DNA from: Octopus sinensis
Taxonomy: Eukaryota
Reading direction: 5' to 3'
DNA length: 64,000 bases
NCBI RefSeq assembly: GCF_006345805.1
Contig: NC_042997.1
Span: 190,278,001-190,342,000, forward strand
Under the pieces are notes generated by a model. That model made no database searches, was not told where the DNA came from, and saw nothing but the letters and a program-made list of their open reading frames with translations. Made by a program: the position numbers and the translations under genes. Positions within the stretch are counted from its first letter, which is position 1; every line of letters starts with the position of its first letter. Below, piece after piece: positions 54,602-64,000 of the stretch.

Positions 54602-54644
54602 CCGCCTGAAGATTGTCGATCAAGACAAGAAACAATTGTAGTGG
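54602..54644 (+). ncRNA. Type I hammerhead ribozyme in a probable Penelope-type repeat (~54580-54820)
   Basis: CCGC-CTGAAGA-TTGTC(GATCAA)GACAA-GAAAC-AATT-GTA-GTGG. Canonical core, 5-bp stem II, palindromic stem III ACAATTGT, GUA triplet. Confidence 0.8.
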
Positions 54645-55785
54645 CGGTTTTTTTTGACTATTTATTAAAATTTTATGTATGGATTAAGTCTTTCCTTGTT
54701 TGTTGTTGCAAATAGTGGTTTTGTCTCTAATAATATTTTTAATATTTTACTATAAAATTGGATTTAATCCTAAATCTGATTTTTTCCCTGTAAATTTGGA
54801 TTTATTCCCTAATATTTATTATTATATATATATATATATATATATGATTGTATATGTGTTACACACACAACACACACACCACACACCACAACACACACAC
54901 AATATATATATATATATAAAATGGAATTAACAAATCTAGGCAGATATCACATACACACACATATACAAGAAGTACATCCATGTAGACAAACACGCTAAAT
55001 GCATACCAATCATATGGAATCTAAAAATAAACTCGTGTCATGTATATATATATATATATATACCCCCACATATATAAATATGAGAATATTGTTTATAATT
55101 TTATCACTGGCTTAGTATGGGAAAAAAACCCATAAAGGTAAAAATAATCAATTATTATTATTATTAGATTATTATATATATATATATATGTATATATTTA
55201 TATATATATATATTATATATATATATATATTGTAGTTTAAGAAATTCCTATTATCATTCAAAACAGATCGTTAGTTTTATGTGTGTGTGTGTGTGTGTGT
55301 GTGTGTGGCCTTGCTGTGTGTTTATGTGCATTTATGCCTATGTGTGTGCACGTATAAATCCGTATGTGTTACTAACAGAAAAACGGACAAACACATACAC
55401 ACATATTTAGGGAGACACACGTAGGGAGACAGAGACAGAGGATGAGGGAGAACGAGAAAGGGGCAAGGGAATCTTCTTGTGGAAAGGGGTACCCAGAGTT
55501 ATTAGGTACTTTTTTTTCCTCCAAACATGTGTTTCTTTATTCAACAACTTGACTGAAGTAAACCAGTGCGTCGCCGTTGTTGTTCGTCAGACCCTTAGTT
55601 ACGTAAATAGACTTTTGTTGTTGTTATTGTTTTGTTATTGTTTGGTTCTTGTTTTTATTGCCCGTCACCGTTGTTGATATTGTTCTGTTTTTGTTGCTCT
55701 TTTACACTCAATTCTCGTCTCCATCCTTCGCCCCTTCACCGTTCGTAAGTAGTTACCTTGTTGCTGCTGTTGTTGTTGTTGTTGG

Positions 55786-55790
55786 TCTTC

Positions 55791-55822
<32 letters not shown>

Positions 55823-56335
55823 CTTCTTCTTCTTCGTCTTCTTCGTCTTCTTTTTCTTCGTCTTCTTCTTCTTCGTCTTCTTCTTCTTCGTCTTCTTCTT
55901 CTTCGTCTTCTTCTTCGTCTTCTTTTTCTTCTTCTTCTTCACCTTCTTCTTCACCTTATTTTCCTTCTCCTTCTTCTTCTTCTTCTTCTTTTTCGCCCTT
56001 CTTCTTCTTTTTCTTCTTCTTCTTCTTCTTCTTCTTCTTCTTCTTCGTCTGCTTCGTCTTCTTCGTCTTCTTCTTTTCCTTCTTCGTCTTCTTCTCCTTT
56101 TCCTTCTTCTTCTTCTTCTCTTCTTCTTCTTCTTCTTCTTCTTCTTCGTCTTCTTCTTCTTCGTCTTCTTTTCCTTCTTCGTCTTCTTTTCCTTCTTCGT
56201 CTTCTTCTTCATCTTCTTCTTCGTCTTCTTCTTTTCCTTCTTCGTCTTCTTCTTTTCCTTCTTCGTCTTCTTCTTTTCCTTCTTCTTCTCCTTCTTCTTC
56301 TTTTCCTTCTTCTTCTTCTTCTTCTTCTTCTTCTA
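55786..56335. repeat. ~550-bp (CTT)n-based polypyrimidine tract with CGT/TTC interruptions
   Basis: Directly visible; source of the poly-L/F/K/R ORFs. Confidence 0.95.
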
Positions 56336-56789
56336 TTCATCATCATCTGTTCGTTATAAATGAAGCGCAACAGAGACATACATAATACAGTCTCCAATGC
56401 AATTTTTTTTTTGCTTTGTCTTATAAACACACACACACACACACACACACCTAAATGTATTAATGATTGTATCTTTCGAAGTCGCTCTCAGACGACTTTT
56501 TCTGAACACAACATAAAGTGTGCGGTACCAAAGTGACTTCCGGTGCAAATCAACCTTGCGTGACCCAATAACTGGTTTTACGATCAACCTTTGTGAAGGT
56601 TATCAGCTGAAGAAGAGAACTGAATGGCACATTGTTTTCCCATTAACCAATAACAATAATTCATCTCAACCGGCAGCTATCATCGTAATTTGTCAACAGT
56701 CTTGGTTTTACTATTTGATATTGCTCTGGTATGCACACAGGCTCCTCCGTATAGTACACCTTGGCCAAGTGTCGTCTGCCGAATTAAAC

Positions 56790-56968
56790 CTATTTCTTTA
56801 CTACCCAGAAGGAGCTAAACACAGAGGGTACAAACAAGGACAGACAAACGGATTAAGTCGATTATATCGACCCTAGTACGTAACTGGTACTTAATTCATC
56901 GATCCCGAAAGGACGAAAGGCAAAGTTGACCTCGGCGGAATTTGAACTCAAAACGTAACGGCAGACAA
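56790..56968 (-). mobile_element. SINE family B, headless unit
   Basis: TATTTCTTTACTACCCAG...GGAATTTGAACTCAAAACGTAACGGCAGAC. Confidence 0.88.
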
Positions 56969-57450
56969 AAACCCTCGTGAACTAAATTTCACAGTGAATG
57001 AGAGTAAATACAGATGGGTCTACATCTGTATTTTTATATAGTTTTGCATTTTATTTTTACTTCTTTATTTTTACTTCGTTGGACTGCGGCCATAATGGGG
57101 CATATTTAATGGGTGTCTTTTGCCTGTTAAATTACAGGGAGGGAAGCAACCGTCAGCGGTTCTCAAGCGATTGGGTGGAGGGCAAACATGATACAAACAG
57201 TTTCACGTGCACACATACGTGTTCACACACGCGTTGACACACACACACATACACACACACACACACACACACAAGCAAACAAGTGTGTGTGTTTTACAAA
57301 GAAATAAAATTATTCTGAAATATATGTTATATAATAATTATGACGAATATTTTACATAACAATGAAGAATTAGTCGACAGTTCATACGATGCCCAGCATC
57401 ACAATTGCTGTAAACAGTTTCACAGAAATATTTCCTGCTATATGTCAAAT

Positions 57451-57766
57451 GGGAGACGCAATGGCCCAGTGGTTAGGGCAGAGGACTCGCGGTCGGAGGA
57501 CTACGGTTTCGATTCCCAAACCGGGCGTTGTGTGTATTTATTGAGCGAAAACACCTAAAACTCCACGATGCTCCGACAAGGGGTTGTGGTGACCCCTGTT
57601 GTACTCTTTTGCCTTAACTTTCTCTCACTCTTTCTTCCTGTTTCTTGAGTAACGTTGCGATGGACTGGCGTCCCGTCCAGCTGGGGGGAACACATACACC
57701 ACAGAAACCGGGAAACTGAGCCCATAAGCCTGGCTAGGCTTGAAAAGGGCGCATAAATAAATAAAT
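57451..57766 (+). mobile_element. SINE with family C head but a different 3' module and (ATAA)n tail
   Basis: Family C head up to CTTCCTGTTTCT, then GCGATGGACTGGCGTCCCGTCCAG...GGGCGC(ATAA)n. Confidence 0.85.
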
Positions 57767-58302
57767 ACGTCAAATGACAACACATCTAGCATTCACTTTA
57801 TTCTATACTTATTGCCCTTCGGTTGAAAAGAAAACGAATTTCGAGAAATACATATGGAAATATTTGGCCATGCTTATCCATCATATATTTTTCATGAATC
57901 ACCTAAAAGTACATGCTGCAAATGTTCCCTATCTTGCGAGTCTTATCAGTATTGTCGTATAGTCTAGAGAAAATATTGAAATGTTCTTTGGCTCGGTAAG
58001 ATGTTAAACTTTGACAATACAATGACGCAGAATGGCAAATCGAACACGTGTTTTGGCGTTTACGGAGCGATGTAATAATACGAAAGCTGTGTAAATAGTT
58101 GAGTAAAAATGAAAATAAATCTGTGTGATGTGTATGCGAAACTTGTGAGAATATGAATCCAAAATGAGAAAAATTTAAACAGCCATTTCGACAGCAAAAA
58201 ATATCACTTGTACAATTTGCAAATTTGTAGTGCCAGCTGTAATAGTCTTCTGTTGTCTCTGACTGGAACACTGTAAAGCCAGATGCTGTAGATCTTAACA
58301 AT

Positions 58303-58723
58303 AGGCGCAGGAGTGGCTGTGTGGTAGTGCCGAAGTGTGTAAATTTTATATTAATATTGTTGTCATTTTTGTAAGAGATTCATTGCCTTATGTATTGATT
58401 TATTGAAGAACAATGTAATAGAGAAGCAGAGGGTCGGCGGGCGCTTTCTGTCTTTCCCCATCTTTATCATTTTTGTATCATGAATCATTCGCCTCATCAA
58501 TGTCTTGTCCAGCCCGCAAAGCTACCCATCTTTGTACTGCCTCTATGGCATGGCAAATTTGATAAAATAAAGTAGCTTGCTTACAAACTACATGGTTCCG
58601 GGTTCAGTCCCACTGCGTGGCACCTTCGGCAAGTGTCTTCTACTATAGCCTCGGGCCGACCAAAGCCTTGTGAATGGATTTGGTAGACGGAAACTGAAAG
58701 AAGACCGTCGTATATATGTAATA

Positions 58724-58799
<76 letters not shown>

Positions 58800-59027
58800 T
58801 GTGTGTATGGTGTTTTGTGTGTCTGTGTTTGTGCTCCCAACAACGCTTGACAACCGATGCTGGTGTGTTTACATCCCCGTCTATTAGCAGTTCGGCAAGA
58901 AAAGAAACCGATAGAATAAGTACTAGGTTCACAAAGAATAAGTCCTGGGGTCGATTTGATTCGACTAAAGGCGGTGCTCCTGCATGGCCGCAGTCAAATG
59001 ACTGAAACAAGTAAGAGAGAAAGAGAG
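58303..59027 (+). mobile_element. SINE family A interrupted by a 244-bp insertion (58327-58570)
   Basis: GGCTGTGTGGTA|insert|AGTAGCTTGCTTAC rejoins to the consensus head; full tail GGCGGTGCTCCTGCATGGCCGCAGTCAAATGACTGAAACAAGTAAGAG. Confidence 0.9.
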
Positions 59028-59406
59028 TTTTAATGTATCAGCTGTTACATAATAAATCTGGCGCTTAACACAATACATCGTAAAATGAACCAATGGTTCC
59101 TCTCTACTATCACACACTGCCAGCTTGAAACAGTGATTAAAAAACCTCTCAGATTACACAGTGTCGTCTTAGAAAACAGAAGGACCTATTGGACAGTGAA
59201 GCTCCTGATGTATATAAAAAGACTTGATTATCACAGTTAGAACAACTTCAAATGTGACTACTCGATCGGCACCACCATCATCACCAACTCCAATATCCCA
59301 CGGAGAGATGAACGCGGAACAGTCTATAAAAGTAGTTATCAATGATATCTATTATTTTCCTATTCGATATCCGTCAATGGACATCATATAGTGTGTATTT
59401 TAGTTA

Positions 59407-59798
59407 TCTTTATATATAAAAGTCAAGTTGTGCGTCTGTCTCCAACGATTTAGATTCCTAACTACTCCCACATTTTGCGGTGCAGTTTAACCAAAACCGG
59501 GTATCTTATAGTCGTGATTCATATCGAGCCCTTCTGGGTATTAGCGCGCGTCTACGATGAGTCTACGATTTTTAAAGAAATTTACCATCGTTTTTTTTCC
59601 ATTTTAATGCATTTTTTCTATATTATATAAGGGAAGTAACTCTCTAAAAATGTCTACGCTGAGTCAACGATTTAAAAAAAAAATACCATCATATTTTTTC
59701 CATTTTTAATGCATTTTTTTGCTATTTTTTGGCTCTCTAAAAATGCTTATATAGTTATTTCCCTTACAAACCCGAGCAACGCCGGGCGATACTGCTAG
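59407..59798 (+). mobile_element. Non-autonomous Helitron (392 bp)
   Basis: 5' A|TCTTTATATATAAAA; 3' hairpin CCCG-AGCAACGC-CGGG then CGATACTGCTAG|T; internal ~70-bp duplication. Confidence 0.88.
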
Positions 59799-59816
59799 TT
59801 AATAATAATTTATTAA

Positions 59817-60025
59817 TACAAGGGGGTGCTGAAAAGTTCCTAGCTTTAAGAGTTTCGCGAAAGGCCTCGCCGGAGGCCCAATCTTCCGAGTACTTTTACA
59901 GCTCTTAGCAAAACTGAAGACCACAGCGATTAGAGTATGAACCCGAGAGAACATGCTATATAAAATCACAAACGGATCCTCTTCTATTTTCTTTTAGCCA
60001 AAGTATGAAGGAGTTTTGGCTGCCA
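59817..60025 (+). mobile_element. Old mariner-type MITE
   Basis: Starts TA|CAAGGGGGTGCTGAAAAGTTCC (mariner-like terminus); related to 54325-54500. Confidence 0.5.
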
Positions 60026-60112
60026 ACACTTTTTGAATAACTTCATTTGTTTTATATTGTTTTACCTTTTTTCTCTGAACAGTATTGAAAGCTCCAATAT
60101 GACAGATAGAAA

Positions 60113-60487
60113 GGCGGCGAGTTGGCAGAAACGTTAGCACGTCGGGCGAGATGCTTAGCTGTATTTTGTCTGTCTTTACGTTCTGAGTTCAAATTCCGCC
60201 GAGGTCGACTTTGCCTTTCATCCTTTCGGGGTCGATTAAATAAATACCAGTTACGACCTAATCCGATTGTCTGTCCTTGTTTGTCGCCTCTGTGTTTAGC
60301 CCCTTGTGGGTAGTAAAGAAATAGGTATTCTGTCTGCCGCTACGTTCTGAGTTCAAATTCCCCCGAGGTCGACTTTGCCTTTCATCCTTTCGGGGTCGAC
60401 AAATTAAGTACCAGTTGCATAATGGGGTCGTTGTAATCGACTGCCCCCCCTCCCCAAAAATGTTGTGCCTAGAGTAGAAAAGAATAT
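60113..60487 (+). mobile_element. SINE family B dimer (head + type-1 unit + type-2 unit)
   Basis: Junction GAAATAGGTATTC at ~60318-60330. Confidence 0.9.
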
Positions 60488-61080
60488 GACAGATAGATCG
60501 CTAGAAAGATAGATAGATAGAGAGAGAGAGAGAGAGGGAGAGAGAGAGAGAGAGAGAGAGAAGAACAGGCACACAAAATGGCAAACGCACTGTTTAAGTA
60601 AGTAGTAGGTGGACAGGTAGATAAGCAAATAGAATGGCAGAAAATGAAGAGAAGGAAAAAGAGAAAGAGGAAGAGATAAAAGTAAGGAAGGAAAGAGAGT
60701 GGACGAATTACAGTTTTTTAAAAACTTTCTACTGCTTTTCTTAAGAATCATATTTGATATTTTATCTTATCGGAATTTTCGGTTATCTTATCGCTTCTTA
60801 GTAATTTAGGCTTTACTTTTAATCAACAATAAATAAACAAATCAAGGAAAATGTTTCAAAGACTTCCTCTTAGCCCATTCTCGTTTGATAAGATAGTCTC
60901 TTGGATGGGATAGTAGAATTGGTAGAAATCCTAAAATCGGTGTAGAATCAAGAAACTACTTAACATCAAAGTATAGTTCAGTAATAGAATTTTAACTTCC
61001 AAATTTTATATATTTGCTTCCAAATTTTAGATATTAGTAAATAATATTTAGATGTTAGTAAAATATATTTAATAGGTATG

Positions 61081-61483
61081 GCGCAGGAGTGGCTGTGTGG
61101 TAAGTAGCTTGCCTACCAGCCACATGGTTCCGGGTTCAGTCCCACTGCGTGGCACCTTGGGCAAGTGTCTTCTACTGTAGCCTTGTGAGTGGATTTGGTA
61201 GACGGAAACTGAAAGAAGCCCGTCGTATATATGTATGTGTATATATATATATATGTGTGCGCGTGTATGTTTGTGTGTCTTTGTCTGTCCCCCTAGCATT
61301 GCTTGACAACCGATGTGTTTATGTCCCCGTCACTTAGCGGTTCGGCAAAAAATGACCGATAGAATAAGTACTGGGCTTACAAAGAATAAGTCCCGGGGTC
61401 GAGTTGCTCGACTAAAGACGGTGCTCCAGCATGGCTGCAGTCAAATGACTGAAACAAGTAAAAGAGTAAAAAGAGTAAAGAGA
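61081..61483 (+). mobile_element. SINE family A, full-length with (AAAAGAGT)n tail
   Basis: GCGCAGGAGTGGCTGTGTGGTAAG...GTGCTCCAGCATGGCTGCAGTCAAATGACTGAAACAAGTAAAAGAGTAAAAAGAGT. Confidence 0.93.
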
Positions 61484-61654
61484 GATGATTTATCCTTTCT
61501 GCTTCAGGAATAAAGAAGTTATAACACAGTAGTATTGGCTCATTGAAATAGTTTCATGATCCTTAATTAGCCCTCGCCGGGTTTCATGTTTCGAATACTG
61601 GTACTCATTACATTATCTTCGAGGCTGATATTAAAATGCGTATCAAAATAATTC

Positions 61655-62232
61655 TTTCTACTATAGGCAGAACGCTTGAAATTTTTAGGAAGGGACAAGT
61701 TGATTACACCAATCACAGTGTTCAACTGATATTTATTTCATCGACGCCGAATCGATCAAACACAAAGCCAACTTCTGTGGAATTTGAACTCGGAATGTAA
61801 AAACGGATGAAATACCTATTTCTTTACTACCCACAAGAGGCTAAACACAGAGAGGACAAACAAGGACAGACAAACGGATTAAGTCGATCACATCGACCCC
61901 AGTGCGTAACTGGTACTTAATTTATCGACCCCGAAATGATGAAAGGCAAAGTCGACCTCGGTGGAATTTGAACTCAGAACGTAGCGGCAGACGAAATACC
62001 TATTTCTTTACTACCCACAAGGGGCTAAACACAGAGAGGACAAACAAGGACAGACAACGGATTAAGTCGATTATATCGACCCCAGTGCGTAACTGGTACT
62101 TAATTTATCGACCCCGGAGGAATGAAAGGCAAAGCAGAACTCGGCGGAATTTGAACTCAGAACGTAACGGCAGACAAAATACCGCTGAGCATTTCGCCCG
62201 ACGTGCTAACGTTTCCGCCAGCTCACCGCCTT
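61655..62232 (-). mobile_element. SINE family B trimer (head + 2 type-1 units + diverged type-2 unit)
   Basis: Junctions GAAATACCTATTTC at ~61810 and ~61993. Confidence 0.9.
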
Positions 62233-64000
62233 AATGTATATCGCTAATGATTAGATCAGAGAAAAGATGCCACAAAATAAAGGAAGCGAAATTATGTATG
62301 TGTTGTCATTAGAAAGATTAGTCAGAATGTGAAGTTTAGCATAGATAAACGAGTTCAAATCAGCGCTTGGCCGTTGATAAATATGTGCAAAAAAAGTACA
62401 GTAAGATTAGCATAACTAGAGACTAGTTTTCGCTCAAAACCATTGATTAATTTCCATAGTCAATGAGATACATACTTGTGTCTGATATATATTTAATTTC
62501 GAGAGCTATGCTTTATTGTCGACAAGAGCGTTCAGAGGACAATAAATTGGGGTTCATCAGTTAAGAAAACTCTTATCAATAACGGCTCTTTTACAAAAAG
62601 TGCTATAACGTATTCAAGAGGCAGGCAAACACACTTATATGTCAAATACATAAATACCGAATTAATAAATGAATAAACATATATCAACAATGAAAGTGCA
62701 GGCAAAAAATGAATAAAATAAAATGGAATAAAAGTAATACGAAACAAGTTTTTGATGTGTGGACGTTTTTAGCAGATGGTCTCCACCGAAGGAATAATCA
62801 TATTTAAACGATAGCGAGATTAACGCTCAGAACTGTAACTCATATTATATTCTGTTGGCTTGGGTTGTAAGCACTTCTACGATGTTTCTGTCAGTTAATC
62901 CCTGGTTAAATGTCATATCGTAGCATCATCACATTTTTATTCCAGACAGACCCACAGAATTTTTTTTTTTTTTTTTTTATGGCCAACATTTACTTCGTTG
63001 ACACTCATGCATAAATATACGCATAGAAGCACATATATTTGCGCGCTTGCTTTTTTTTTTTTTTCGTGTTCTTTTTTTTTTTTTTTTTTCTTCTGTTTTT
63101 TTTTTTTTTCTTTCTCTTGACGCGAGTCCGAGTAACCGTTGCACCGTTTGAAATGGGTCTACTTATTCGACAAAACGAATATTTAAATCAGTGAAAGTTG
63201 GTAATTAGGTAGTCATTATGTGTTTGAGGCGATACCTCTGTGTTTCGCTTTGCATGTCCATGTGTGCGTACGTGCAAACAACTTGACAGAAACATAGACA
63301 ACGAGAGAGAGAGAAAGTGAGACAGAAAGAGTGATGGCAAAACATCTGTATGAGAAATACGTAGACATAGAGAGATCGTGTAAAGGTTACTGTTCTCTGT
63401 GCTAATGTGTGATAAGCCGAACTGTGTGTAATTTACATGAAGAATTTTATATCTGTGATCGTCAAGTGACAGCCGGACACTTTACTTTTAACTCATCCTC
63501 GAAAAATATTACCATGTTAATTCATCAGTGAATTAGCGAAGAGAATGAAGTAATGATGCACATACATACATACAAACATATACAGATACATTAGATCTCA
63601 CACACATACACATACGCAACAGAAGCTTATACTGACGCGTACATGAATACATATATAAGAGGCAAGGGCAAAAATATAAAAAACAATGATAACTAGTATA
63701 CAAACAATAAAAAAACAAACTACATGTTTACCATGTATAGATCATACATAATGATATACGTGCATGAATATTTACACTAAGAGACATATGTTAACACGTA
63801 TACCCTATATACACTGATATTCCCATAGATAAATGGCAGTAGAGAAATGTATATATCTTATACATACATACATATATATATATATATATCGAGAGAGAGA
63901 GAGAGAGAGAGAAGAGAGAGATGTAAATATATACATATATACATATGTATATATACATATATATATGTGTATATATATATATGAATAATATATACATGCA

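Noticed and set aside
55649-56448. Poly-Leu/Phe/Lys/Arg ORFs resembling protamine or membrane proteins
   Set aside because: Translation of the (CTT)n tract.

Overview
Animal (eukaryotic) genomic DNA. It is AT-rich and saturated with (TA)n/(TATG)n/(CA)n/trinucleotide microsatellites and tRNA-derived SINEs; the repeat content resembles octopus/cephalopod DNA (inference, not checked). There is no intact host gene, and almost all ORF-track entries are microsatellite or SINE artefacts. One strong 58-nt internal-exon candidate (33329-33386, +) suggests much of the window is intron. Recognisable mobile DNA: a ~3.5-kb frameshifted CR1-type LINE (CCCH-finger ORF1 remnant, APE, RT) beside a decayed Tc1 transposon; three R4/Dong-type LINE fragments among (TAA)n; a Penelope GIY-YIG remnant; four hammerhead-ribozyme motifs (two near-canonical); three non-autonomous Helitrons; and more than 30 SINE copies, mostly in families I label A-D. 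Most interesting: (1) SINE A and the CR1 LINE share a 40-nt two-hairpin 3' end with covariation, a likely SINE/LINE partnership; (2) SINE B forms head-to-tail multimers through one fixed self-complementary junction; (3) the type I hammerheads; (4) a 56-bp duplication of the Tc1 terminus flanks the LINE; (5) a 15-bp minisatellite is expanding inside the Pol III promoter of SINE C. All alignments and folds were done by eye; many repeat boundaries are approximate.
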